DNA of 64,000 nt from an uncultured delta proteobacterium (GCA_963789395.1 CAWBKP010000014.1:320001-384000), one strand, 5' to 3'. Positions 1 through 9,292 are shown, numbered from the stretch's first letter. Translations and numbers: made by a program. Notes: generated by a model not told the origin, from the letters alone.

Positions 1-318
1 ATGATAGGCGCCTTTTTTTATGGCTTCGATGGCCGAATCGATTGAGCTGTATCCAGTGATAACGATAACTTCCGTATCCGGGCAGAGTTTTTTGACCCGT
101 TCCAGAACCGTCATGCCGTCTACGTCCGGCATTTTCAGGTCCGTGAAAACCAGATGGAATCCTTTGGTGGCCAGCTGCTGGAAAAAAGGTTCGGCCGCGG
201 TGAAGGCTTCGACATCGCAAGGACAATCGCGCATTTCATCCCCGGCCTTTTCCAGGGCTTTTTTCAGTCGGCTGCCGACAATTCGCTCATCATCGATGAC
301 TGCAATGCGAATTCTCAT
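1..318 (-). CDS. Response regulator, N-terminal receiver domain (probably NtrC/sigma54-activator type), runs off the window edge
   Basis: Not in the ORF track. Manual translation MRIRIAVIDDERIVG...LVFTDLKMPDVDGM...IVITGYSSIDSAIEAIKKGAYH has receiver motifs; ATG at 318 overlaps the kinase stop (TGATG). Confidence 0.9.
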   Translation of the reverse strand, partial: MRIRIAVIDDERIVGSRLKKALEKAGDEMRDCPCDVEAFTAAEPFFQQLATKGFHLVFTDLKMPDVDGMTVLERVKKLCPDTEVIVITGYSSIDSAIEAIKKGAYH

Positions 319-1739
319 CAAACGTCTCCGCTCGCATCCGGAACCGGCAGATAAACCGAAAACATCGTGCCGGCATCAACCTGGCTTTGAACTTCAACAA
401 ATCCGCCATGCTTTTTAACCAGTGCATACGTTACCGCCAATCCCAGTCCCGTGCCCCGTCCAACCGCCTTTGTGGTGTAAAACGGCTCAAAAATATGTTC
501 CAGGTCTTCCGGTTTGATGCCGACACCCGTGTCCTGAACCGTGATTTTAACGTACCCGTCAGGCGTGCGGGATGCGTTTACCCGGATGGACCCGCCGGCC
601 GGCATTGCCTGGATGGCGTTAATAAAAAGATTTAAAAATACCTGCTCCAAATTGCGAAAATTGCCCTTTACGCTGGGTATATCCTGAGCAAAATCGGTTT
701 CGACGCCAATGCCGGAAAGCATGATCTGGTTTTTTACCAGTTTCAATGCTTTTTGAATCACCTCAATCGGGTTCAGGACTGTAAACGAGGGCATCTCGTT
801 TCGTGAAAAATCCAGCAGGTTTTTGATGATGTCTCCGGCACGTTCCGCCTGGCTCAGTATATCCGAGAGCATTTCCCTGCCTTCGGCTTCGGCAAGTGTG
901 CCGTATTCTTCCAGAATCGATTCAGCCGTCAGGTGGATATTGTTGATCGGGTTGTTCAATTCATGGGCGATGCCGGCGGTGAACGTACCGATGGCCGCAA
1001 TTTTCCGGGACTGTACCAGCTGATCCTGTTTGGACTCCAGTTCCCCCGCCATCCGGTTAAAGGCATAAATCAGCATGGAAATTTCATCCTTGGCGTTTTC
1101 TTCATAGGGGATGGGACTGAGATCTCCCTGAGCGACCCGCTCGATGGTTCGGCGAATCAAGGCCAGGGGTTCGAGGATTCTTTGAAATAGCAGTTGTGCA
1201 ATCAGAATGGAAAGCAAGACAAAAATCGCCAGAAACATAAGCGGCAGACCCAGTATGCCGGCAAGCGCCAGATGGATTCGTTCCCGCTTGAGAGAAAGCA
1301 GTTTTTCAGCAAAGTCGCCGATGGCTTTTCCCTTCAGACGGATGGCTTCATCCTGCTTTTCGGTCACACTGCTGCCCTGCTGGGATACAAAAATTTCGAT
1401 CATGGATTTGTAATCCTTCAGGTCCTGTTGAAACCGGTGATATTCCGCTCCGGCGACCCGTTCGATATCCTTATCCATATTGGCCGAAATTTCAATGGCT
1501 TTATTGATATAGACGAGGTTTTCATCCAGACTGCGCCGGTCGTGATAAAATAGAAAATTCTTCTCATACCGGCGCGCTTCCAGAATGTTGTTGAACATGT
1601 CCTCGAAAAACTCGCTGATCGTAACTTTCTGCTGAATGGTCTCGATGCTCCACCAGTCAAAAATGGTCAGTGCGCCCACACATGTCAGAAAAATCGCAAA
1701 ACCCGTGATGATTTTTCCCCGGATTGTCATGGATTTCAA
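318..1739 (-). CDS. Membrane sensor histidine kinase (2 TM, HAMP, HisKA, HATPase)
   Basis: H-box AGIAHELNNPI, N-box QVFLNLFINAIQAM, DTGVGI, FEPFYTTK, GTGLGL; AGGAGG upstream. Confidence 0.95.
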   Translation of the reverse strand: MKSMTIRGKIITGFAIFLTCVGALTIFDWWSIETIQQKVTISEFFEDMFNNILEARRYEKNFLFYHDRRSLDENLVYINKAIEISANMDKDIERVAGAEYHRFQQDLKDYKSMIEIFVSQQGSSVTEKQDEAIRLKGKAIGDFAEKLLSLKRERIHLALAGILGLPLMFLAIFVLLSILIAQLLFQRILEPLALIRRTIERVAQGDLSPIPYEENAKDEISMLIYAFNRMAGELESKQDQLVQSRKIAAIGTFTAGIAHELNNPINNIHLTAESILEEYGTLAEAEGREMLSDILSQAERAGDIIKNLLDFSRNEMPSFTVLNPIEVIQKALKLVKNQIMLSGIGVETDFAQDIPSVKGNFRNLEQVFLNLFINAIQAMPAGGSIRVNASRTPDGYVKITVQDTGVGIKPEDLEHIFEPFYTTKAVGRGTGLGLAVTYALVKKHGGFVEVQSQVDAGTMFSVYLPVPDASGDV

Positions 1740-1754
1740 TTGAACACCTCCTGC

Positions 1755-3764
1755 TTACACAATGACCCGCTCAACGATCGATTTGATATCATCCGCCAGC
1801 AGCACTTCGATGCCTTCACAGGATTCGGGCTCCAGATTGCTTACATCCACGGCGTTTCGCCTGGGGAAAATGACAACCTTGATGCCGGCCCGCTGGGCAG
1901 CCAGAATTTTTTCACGAACCCCGCTGATCGGCAGAATGCGGCCGTTCAATGTCAGCTCTCCGGTCATGGCCACATCCCGGCGGGCTGGTCTTTGCGTCAG
2001 CAGCGAAATCAGCGCCAGCGCAATGGTAATTCCGGCTGAAGGCCCGTCTTTAGGGATGGCGCCGCAGGGAAAGTGGATGTGAATGTCGGCATCCTTGAAA
2101 AAATCCGGCTGAATCCCGAAATCCTCCCCATGACTCCGCAGAAAGCTGAGCGCCGTCTGGGCCGACTCCTGCAGGACGTTTCCCAGGGACCCGGTTAAAA
2201 TGAGCTGCTGGCTGCCTTTCATCCGGGTCGCTTCCACGAAAATGATTTCTCCGCCCAGTTCAGACCACACCAGTCCGGTTGTCACCCCCACCTGATTTTC
2301 AGTTTCAGCCATTTCATGGGCATATTTGCGCGGCCCCAGGAGCTGTTCAACCAGGCTGTCTTCCACATTCACCACACAGGTGTTGTCCGGGCTGTCCAGG
2401 CAAATCCGGGCCAGTTTCCGGCATACATTGGCAAATTCGCGTTCCAGGTTGCGAAGACCTGCCTCCTGGGTGTAATCGCGGATAATCCGGGAGATGGCGC
2501 TTTCCGAAAAAGCCAGCCGATCGTGAGATAATCCGTGATTTCTGAGCTGCCTGGGAATGATATGATTTTTGGCGATGACCCGTTTTTCGGTTTCCGTGTA
2601 TCCGGCAAACTGGATGATTTCGAGCCGGTCCAGCAACGGCGCGGGAATTTTCTCCACCATATTGGCGGTAGCTATAAACATGACCGAGCTCAGATCGAAC
2701 GGCAGATCCAGATAATGATCCACAAACTGGGCGTTTTGCTCCGGATCCAGGATCTCCAGCAGCACAGAGGCCGGATCTCCCCTGAAGTCCTGCCCGATTT
2801 TATCCAGCTCATCCAGCATGAAAACCGGATTTTTGACGCCGACGCGTTTGATCTCGTTGATAACGCGTCCGGCCATGGCACCGACATAGGTGCGCCGGTG
2901 TCCCCTCAGTTCGGCTTCATCCCGGAAGCCGGCCAGAGAAAGCCGGATGAATTTGCGCTCCAATGCCTCGGCAACGGCTTTTCCGATGGATGTTTTGCCC
3001 GTCCCCGGAGGGCCCGCAAAACAAAGAATCGGACTTCGGGTCATGAGTTTGTGCTTTTTCTTCTCGAGAATCTGACGGACGGTTGCCCGCAGTTCATCCA
3101 GGTTGATCGGCTTGGGCAGATAATGGGCCACTCCTTTTTTCAGCGCGTCAACGGCCGAGCTGACCGTGGCAAAACCGGTAATCATAACGATATCGGTATG
3201 AGGTGATATGCGTTTTGCAGATTCCACAAGCTGCATGCCGTCCATTTTTTCCATTTTCAAATCCGTAAGGATCAGATCGAATTCACTGGACATGATTTTT
3301 TCCAGGGCATCCGCCCCGTTGACTGCGGTTGATACGTGATAGCCTTCTTTTTTTAAAATGTATTCCAGGTTGGTGCGTGCAATGTCTTCATCATCCACAA
3401 CCAGCACGTGGAACGACCGGACATTAAAAAGAATTCTCACAGCCAGAAATTCCAGGATCCGGTCTTTGACATGCGCCAGACCATGATGCTGGGACGTAAG
3501 TATTTCTTCAGCGCGCTTGATATCCAGATTGTCGTCCGTGGACTGAGTCCAGGGCAGTGAAATCAGAAATTCGATATAAGTCAGTCCGATTGCATATTCG
3601 GGAACCGATGGATCGGTTTTTTCCAGGCGATCCAGTTCCTTCATCGCGATCCAGGCAACATTCTCGGGCAGCTGTTTTTTTATCGAAGCACGAAGCTGGC
3701 TCAGTTCCGATTCCGGAGCGATTTGCTCGTCTTCCGGTTTTTCAAATTTCTTGAAAAAAATCAT
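1755..3764 (-). CDS. lon: Lon (S16) ATP-dependent protease lacking the N-terminal domain, with an internal receiver domain
   Basis: Walker A GPPGTGKTS, RGHRRTYVGAM, Walker B FMLDELDK, catalytic PKDGPSAG and GVREKILAA; receiver LVVDDE...ILTDLKM...ITGF...LPKP. Start at 3764 chosen from the AGGGGAGAGGA RBS. Confidence 0.93.
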   Translation of the reverse strand: MIFFKKFEKPEDEQIAPESELSQLRASIKKQLPENVAWIAMKELDRLEKTDPSVPEYAIGLTYIEFLISLPWTQSTDDNLDIKRAEEILTSQHHGLAHVKDRILEFLAVRILFNVRSFHVLVVDDEDIARTNLEYILKKEGYHVSTAVNGADALEKIMSSEFDLILTDLKMEKMDGMQLVESAKRISPHTDIVMITGFATVSSAVDALKKGVAHYLPKPINLDELRATVRQILEKKKHKLMTRSPILCFAGPPGTGKTSIGKAVAEALERKFIRLSLAGFRDEAELRGHRRTYVGAMAGRVINEIKRVGVKNPVFMLDELDKIGQDFRGDPASVLLEILDPEQNAQFVDHYLDLPFDLSSVMFIATANMVEKIPAPLLDRLEIIQFAGYTETEKRVIAKNHIIPRQLRNHGLSHDRLAFSESAISRIIRDYTQEAGLRNLEREFANVCRKLARICLDSPDNTCVVNVEDSLVEQLLGPRKYAHEMAETENQVGVTTGLVWSELGGEIIFVEATRMKGSQQLILTGSLGNVLQESAQTALSFLRSHGEDFGIQPDFFKDADIHIHFPCGAIPKDGPSAGITIALALISLLTQRPARRDVAMTGELTLNGRILPISGVREKILAAQRAGIKVVIFPRRNAVDVSNLEPESCEGIEVLLADDIKSIVERVIV

Positions 3765-3958
3765 TCCTCTCCCCTTTCGTTGCATATTGAAACATGGGCG
3801 GTTTTTTTTGTAACAGAAAATAACTGGATGAATTTATTATAAAAATAAATTTTTCTTAAAAAGCGTTACATATTGCAACATCTATCACGTTTACAGCATA
3901 TCGGGCAAAACAATTTTATTATCAACAATATCAGAACAATAAGTCAATATTGCACCTT

Positions 3959-3974
3959 TGGCACCATTCTTGAA
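3959..3974 (+). promoter_or_regulatory. Candidate sigma54 promoter (-24/-12)
   Basis: TGGCAC-N5-TTGAA (GA rather than GC at -12) in the AT-rich divergent intergenic region upstream of 4043. Confidence 0.5.
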
Positions 3975-4042
3975 TAAGTCATAAATAAAAGATTTGATGC
4001 AACCGCCACTTATCCATAACAGATCAAATCGGAAATAATCAA

Positions 4043-4831
4043 ATGTTATCCTATCAAGGCAATGAGACAGTGGAAACAGAGCGGCGCAAAATTCTGGTGA
4101 TTGGAAAATCTGACTGCCTGAATGATGCGCTTTCGGGCTATGCCATTCAACTGGCACAGCGCCTGAAATATGATCTTTTTGTCGTCAGCGTCATGCCACA
4201 TGCCGCAGTATCTACTTCAGCCGTTTCCGTGGCAGTGGGCGCCCATTATCTTCATGCACTGGAACTACTCAATGACTTCAGGCAGAAAGCAGCCGCCAAG
4301 GATGTCCGATGCGATCACGTCATTCAGTACGGAGAAATCGCATCTGTTACAGATGATGTCATGCATACCATCAAGCGGATTGAGTTTGTCGTGACGGATT
4401 CTGAATATACCAAAACACTAATATCGGAAGATGTGACCATACCGGTCTTCAGTTTATCAACAAACCAGCTTCATCCGGAGGGAAAACCTATGACCAGAGA
4501 AACCAAACAACAGCGAAACAGTGAAATCAAAAAGACAATCGGTTACGGAATGATTACAGCAGCCCTGTATGGCTGTGTGTTCTGGAATGCGGATAAGGTC
4601 ATGAGCTATTTTACCAAAGGCGGCTTTTATGCCGCGCTGCCGGTAGCGACCGTTTTTGTTTTTTCATTCGCACACGGGTCATTTGCCAGCAATCTCTGGT
4701 CCTTGATGGGGATCAAACCCATGAAAAAAGATACGCTGCAGCCTACGGTCGGCAAAACCGTCACCCAGACCAAAAAGGTCCAAAAAAGACCGCGCGCCTA
4801 CGCTTATGTCAACCCGTTTCACAAAATTTAA
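4043..4831 (+). CDS. Universal-stress-protein-like domain fused to a small 2-TM membrane protein
   Basis: N-part KILVIG...YAIQLAQRL..DLFVVSV...CDHVIQYGE resembles USP; C-part has two hydrophobic helices. Confidence 0.65.
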   Translation: MLSYQGNETVETERRKILVIGKSDCLNDALSGYAIQLAQRLKYDLFVVSVMPHAAVSTSAVSVAVGAHYLHALELLNDFRQKAAAKDVRCDHVIQYGEIASVTDDVMHTIKRIEFVVTDSEYTKTLISEDVTIPVFSLSTNQLHPEGKPMTRETKQQRNSEIKKTIGYGMITAALYGCVFWNADKVMSYFTKGGFYAALPVATVFVFSFAHGSFASNLWSLMGIKPMKKDTLQPTVGKTVTQTKKVQKRPRAYAYVNPFHKI

Positions 4832-4841
4832 AGGTGATTTC

Positions 4842-4875
4842 GTTGCCGTGAGATTTTTACGAATTTCACGGCAAC
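4842..4875 (+). terminator. Stem-loop after the USP-like gene
   Basis: GTTGCCGTGAGATT...AATTTCACGGCAAC inverted repeat; no clear U-tract. Confidence 0.5.
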
Positions 4876-4894
4876 ATCTGGGCACTGCAGCATG

Positions 4895-4924
4895 AAATCC
4901 CCCTCGGTTTTTCAGAGGGGAGAA
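4895..4924 (+). repeat. Degenerate copy of a REP-like AAATCCCCC...AGGGG repeat
   Basis: GAAATCCCCCTCGGTTTTTCAGAGGGGAGAAC resembles copies at 13193, 37611 and 57908. Confidence 0.45.
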
Positions 4925-5013
4925 CAGATGTTGTCAGTATAGCGCCCGATGACGTAAAAATCAGTATTTTCACGTTTGCCATCACAGAGCATTACAAACA
5001 CATAAGGAGTGTT

Positions 5014-6072
5014 TTGATGAACTTAGACGCCGTTCAATTTATCGATCTCACTATTGTTAACATTTCTTTTCTGTTTTTTGTCGGATTCATCGGTGGCCTG
5101 GTCAGCGGTTTTATCGGCTCCGGCGGCGCGTTTGTTCTGACCCCCGGCATGATGAGCCTGGGCGTACCCGGCACGGTGGCCGTGGCCAGCAACATGTGCC
5201 ATAAATTCCCCAAAGCCATGATCGGGGCCTTTAAACGATTCAAATACGGCCAGGTGGACATCAAACTGGGTCTTTATATGGCGGCATCTGCCGGAGTCGG
5301 GGTTCAGATCGGCATCAAAATCCAGCAATTGATTCTGGAAAAATACGGCCAGGTCGGATCGAATCTCTATGTCAGCCTGTCTTTTGTGGCCATTCTGGTC
5401 ATTGTCGGCGGCTATGTGTTTTATGATGCAATGAAAGGATCTTCTTCGGACGGACCGGAAAAGACGTCTTCAATCGCAAAAAAACTTCAGTCCATCAATC
5501 TGCCGCCAATGATCCACTTCAAGCGCGCCAATCTGACCATCTCCTTCTGGTTTACGATTCCGGTGGGACTTGCGACCGGCATGCTGGCGGCAACCATTGC
5601 CGTGGGCGGATTTATCGGTGTTCCCGGCATGATCTACATTGTCGGCGTTTCCAGCATTATCGCCTCGGCCACGGAGCTGGTAATTGCCTTTGTCATGGGA
5701 TTTGCAGGAACCGTCAACTGGGCCATGCACGGCATGGTCGACATCCGTCTCGTTCTGATCATTCTGGGCGGATCGCTTTTCGGGGTTCAGCTTGGCGCCA
5801 TCGGCACGACGTATGTCAAAGAAAGCATGATTAAAATCGTGATGAGTGTATTGATGCTGATGGTGGCGGTAAGCCGCCTGCTTGCCCTGCCGAAATACCT
5901 CGTTGAATTGAATGTCCTGTCGTACGAACCCTCAACCGTTCTTATTCTGGATCGGACCAGTTTTGTGTGCATGTGTTTGGCCCTGCTGACGGGCGCCGTC
6001 ATTATACTGGCCAGTATGTGGAAAGGACGCAAGCCTGCCGTTTCTCTGAAGCAAAATTTAGGCAAAGCTTGA
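5014..6072 (+). CDS. Sulfite exporter TauE/SafE family permease
   Basis: Duplicated GLVSGFIGSGGAFVLTP / GMLAATIAVGGFIGVP motifs, many TM helices, AAGGAG RBS. Confidence 0.9.
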   Translation: MMNLDAVQFIDLTIVNISFLFFVGFIGGLVSGFIGSGGAFVLTPGMMSLGVPGTVAVASNMCHKFPKAMIGAFKRFKYGQVDIKLGLYMAASAGVGVQIGIKIQQLILEKYGQVGSNLYVSLSFVAILVIVGGYVFYDAMKGSSSDGPEKTSSIAKKLQSINLPPMIHFKRANLTISFWFTIPVGLATGMLAATIAVGGFIGVPGMIYIVGVSSIIASATELVIAFVMGFAGTVNWAMHGMVDIRLVLIILGGSLFGVQLGAIGTTYVKESMIKIVMSVLMLMVAVSRLLALPKYLVELNVLSYEPSTVLILDRTSFVCMCLALLTGAVIILASMWKGRKPAVSLKQNLGKA

Positions 6073-6097
6073 AAAAATCTATCTGAAGTTCTATAAT
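6069..6097 (+). promoter_or_regulatory. Sigma70-type promoter
   Basis: TTGAAA-N17-TATAAT. Confidence 0.6.
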
Positions 6098-6119
6098 CAG
6101 ATTGCGTTGTTTTTTATTT

Positions 6120-6166
6120 AGCCGCTGGTTCCCAGGCAGGAATTTGGGATCCAGCGGCTTGTTTTT
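6120..6166 (+). terminator. Rho-independent terminator-like hairpin
   Basis: AGCCGCTGG...CCAGCGGCT followed by TGTTTTT. Confidence 0.65.
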
Positions 6167-6195
6167 ATTCACTTCAATACAAAGGTTACTTTTAT

Positions 6196-7005
6196 ATGTC
6201 CATTATTACCATTTCACGCGGTTCTTACAGCAGAGGAAAGGAAGTGGCCGAAGGGGTTGCCAGGCGGTTGGGATATGACTGCCTGTCCAGAGATATACTG
6301 TTGGATACGTCCGAGTTGTTCAACATTCCGAAAATCAAGCTGGAAAGAGCCATACATGACGCCCCGTCCATTCTGGACCGTTTCGGCGGGGGAAAAGAAC
6401 GATATGTAGCCATGATTCGAACCGCGTTTCTGAAGATCATGCGGGAAGACAACCTGGTGTATCACGGTCTGGCTGGACATTTTTTTCTGCAGGGAGTATC
6501 CCATGTTCTGAAAGTAAGAATCATTGCCGATATCGAGGATCGGGTAAAGCTGGAAATGCAGCGGGAAAGCATTTCCGAAAAAGAAGCCCGCAGAATACTG
6601 CTCAAAGACGATGAGGAACGAAATAAATGGGCACAGTTTCTTTACGGCATCAATACTACGGATTCTCAATTATATGATCTGGTCATCCATATCCGGAAAA
6701 TTTCCGTGGCGGATGCCGTGGATATCATCTGCCACACCGCAACCATGAAGCAGTTTCAGGCAACGCCGGAATCGCAGCAGGCCCTGGAAAATCTATCTCT
6801 CAGCGCGGAAGTCAAGGCCGCGCTGATTGAATTGAATCCGGCAGTTGAAGTGTGCTCGGAAAACGGCATCGTGCATATCAAGGCAAGGGTTTCAGAAACA
6901 CTCCAGCAGGAAATGGAAAATGCCTTGAAGAATCACGCAATGGCGGTTCGCGGCGTTAAAGAAGTTCATCTTGCGGTTGCACCCATTTCATTTTACGAGG
7001 ATTGA
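6196..7005 (+). CDS. Cytidylate-kinase-like family protein with a C-terminal BON-like domain
   Basis: IITISRGSYSRGKEVAEGVARRLGY, VYHGLAGHFFL, YDLVIH; C-terminal EVKAAL...NGIVHIK...VRGVKEV. Confidence 0.8.
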   Translation: MSIITISRGSYSRGKEVAEGVARRLGYDCLSRDILLDTSELFNIPKIKLERAIHDAPSILDRFGGGKERYVAMIRTAFLKIMREDNLVYHGLAGHFFLQGVSHVLKVRIIADIEDRVKLEMQRESISEKEARRILLKDDEERNKWAQFLYGINTTDSQLYDLVIHIRKISVADAVDIICHTATMKQFQATPESQQALENLSLSAEVKAALIELNPAVEVCSENGIVHIKARVSETLQQEMENALKNHAMAVRGVKEVHLAVAPISFYED

Positions 7006-7117
7006 TCGTATCATTCAATCACCGGTTGCATCACTTACACTTGCCGCCTTATCTTGATTACAAATTGAACGGATTGTCCTTCTCACGAAATTCCCATTCT
7101 TTTTTTCTGCATTTCCA

Positions 7118-7156
7118 GGGGATGAGGCCTTTTAGCAAGGCGCCATCCCCCTTTTT
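7118..7156 (+). terminator. Hairpin with U-tract after the cytidylate-kinase-like gene
   Basis: GGGGATGAGGCCTT-TAGC-AAGGCGCCATCCCC then CTTTTT. Confidence 0.55.
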
Positions 7157-7348
7157 CCTCTAAAACCTCGAAGTTTTTATATTGACTTGTATCGTTGGAA
7201 TTCATACATGGACTAAAGATGTTGTGCGGTAAGCTTCTGTTACCTTACGACAAGCAAATCTGCTGCTCCTTTCTCCTTGTATAGTGGAGATAACTCAGAA
7301 AAAGGGTTAGCAGATGGGCATTTTACAGGCAAAGCCAACTTCTTCTGA

Positions 7349-7478
7349 CCCATCATCGAATAGATCGATCAAGTTCTCGCCCAGCACTACAGTTTCTACG
7401 AATGAAGAAATTGATTTTATCATCAACTATGATATCAAATACCGAATAGGCCAGAATAATGGTAGCGAGGATGAATGA
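7349..7478 (+). pseudogene. 3' remnant of a type IIG (Eco57I-like) restriction-modification/methyltransferase gene
   Basis: Reads PIIE*IDQVLAQHYSF/TNEEIDFIINYDIKYRIGQ...* (one stop, one frameshift), matching a remembered C-terminal motif IDxVLAxHYGFTxEELDFIINYDIKYRMG. Confidence 0.65.
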
Positions 7479-7735
7479 AATTTGAAATTACCAGACATGC
7501 ACAGGAGGAAATGGATCGCAGGCAGATACCCTCAACGATTGTGGATACCATCTTGCATAATCCCCAGCAGGTTGTCGAAGAATATGGAAATAAGAAAGCA
7601 TATCAGTCAATATTTGCTTTAGAGACTGGAAAGGATTATCTTGTCAGGGTAATCGTCAACGATACCGTTATACCGGTGAAAGTCGTCACGGTCTATAAAA
7701 CGAGCAAGATCAAGAAGTATTGGAGAGCGTCATGA
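7475..7735 (+). CDS. DUF4258 family putative toxin (RelE-like)
   Basis: 86 aa, TRHAQEEMDRRQI...LVRVIV...VVTVYKTSKIKKYW. Confidence 0.8.
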   Translation: MKFEITRHAQEEMDRRQIPSTIVDTILHNPQQVVEEYGNKKAYQSIFALETGKDYLVRVIVNDTVIPVKVVTVYKTSKIKKYWRAS

Positions 7736-7929
7736 AAATTACATATGATCCTGATGTTGATGTGCTTCGAATCGTTTTCAGCAATGCACCCATTGATGAA
7801 AGCGACGAAGAAAGACCCGGCGTTATCCTCGATTTTGATAAAGACGGTAATGTTGTCGGCATGGAAATACTGGATGCCTCACTTCGTATGGAAAATCCTC
7901 GAACCGTAGAGTACGCCGTGGCCGGGTAA
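7732..7929 (+). CDS. DUF2283 family putative antitoxin
   Basis: MKITYDPDVDVLRI...GVILDFDKDGNVVGMEILDAS; ATGA overlap with the upstream gene. Confidence 0.85.
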   Translation: MKITYDPDVDVLRIVFSNAPIDESDEERPGVILDFDKDGNVVGMEILDASLRMENPRTVEYAVAG

Positions 7930-8203
7930 CACATTTTTCCTGGACCTGGAGACATTGAACCATTCGGGAATCGGCCTGATTTGTTCCTTCCAATGTCCGG
8001 GAATTCTCATTTTTCAACCTTTTGATGTCATTTGGAAATTCCAGGTTTGATAAGGAACTGCCTCAAATTCTATTTGACTTCTATCCGCCGAACGTTCAAA
8101 TATAACTTTGATATTTACCTGATCTTTTCCCCTGTTTTACTCATGAAATAATCAGGGGCGAGTATTCTTCACCCCATTACTTTTTATTTTTTTGGAGGAA
8201 TTT

Positions 8204-9292
8204 ATGCCTGGAAAACGCATTCACAACTTTAACGCCGGGCCTGCGGCCCTTCCCCTGCCGGTTTTACAGGAAATTCAGGAATCGTTTCTGGATTTCAAGG
8301 GCTCGGGCATGTCCATTACCGAAGTCAGCCACCGGTCCAAATGGTTCGATGATGTGATCAATGACGCCGTTGCCAGAATCCGCAGACTGCTCAGGCTGGA
8401 TGACACCTATCAGGTCCTGTTTCTTCAGGGCGGCGCCAGCCTCCAGTTTGCCATGATTCCCATGAATTGTCTGGCGGACGCGGACTGCGCCGATTATGTG
8501 AATACCGGCACGTGGTCCACCAAAGCCATTCAGGAAGCCCAGCTTCTGGGAAAGAATATCCAGGTTGTCGCCTCTTCCGAAGACAAGGGGTTCAGTTATA
8601 TTCCGAAAAACATCGCCTACAGCCCGAAGGCCGCCTATGTTCATTTTACTTCCAACAACACCATTAAAGGGACCCAGTGGGCGGCCTATCCCGATGCCGC
8701 CGGCGGCCCGCTGGTTGCCGACATGTCTTCGGATTTTATGAGCAGGCCCTTTGATGTCAAGCCCTTTGGCCTGATCTATGCCGGCGCCCAGAAAAATATC
8801 GGCCCGGCCGGGGTATGCGTGGTCATCATCCGGGAGGATATGCTCAACCGCACGCCGAAAAACATCCCCACAATGCTGAAATACACCACCCATGCATCCA
8901 AAAATTCCATGTACAATACCCCGCCGTGTTTCGGGGTCTATACCATTCAGCTTGTCATGAAATGGCTGGAAGAAACCATTGGCGGACTGGAAGCCATGGA
9001 TGCCGTCAACCGGAAAAAAGCCGGGTGTCTGTATGATCTGATGGACAAAAGCCGCTTTTATCAGGGAACCGCCGATCCTTCCAGCAGGTCCCTGATGAAT
9101 GTGACCTTCCGGCTGCCTTCGGAAGACCTTGAAAAACAATTTGTTCAGGAAGCTGCCGCCAATGACTTCGGCGGATTGAAGGGACACCGTTCGGTCGGCG
9201 GGTGCCGGGCATCCATTTACAATGCAACAACGCTGGCCTCGGTGCAGGCCCTTGCGGACTTCATGATTGATTTCGAGCGGAAAAACGGATAA
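8204..9292 (+). CDS. serC: Phosphoserine aminotransferase
   Basis: NFNAGPA, SHRS, FLQGGASLQF, YAGAQKNIGPAG (PLP Lys), GHRSVGGCRASIYNA; GGAGG RBS. Confidence 0.97.
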   Translation: MPGKRIHNFNAGPAALPLPVLQEIQESFLDFKGSGMSITEVSHRSKWFDDVINDAVARIRRLLRLDDTYQVLFLQGGASLQFAMIPMNCLADADCADYVNTGTWSTKAIQEAQLLGKNIQVVASSEDKGFSYIPKNIAYSPKAAYVHFTSNNTIKGTQWAAYPDAAGGPLVADMSSDFMSRPFDVKPFGLIYAGAQKNIGPAGVCVVIIREDMLNRTPKNIPTMLKYTTHASKNSMYNTPPCFGVYTIQLVMKWLEETIGGLEAMDAVNRKKAGCLYDLMDKSRFYQGTADPSSRSLMNVTFRLPSEDLEKQFVQEAAANDFGGLKGHRSVGGCRASIYNATTLASVQALADFMIDFERKNG

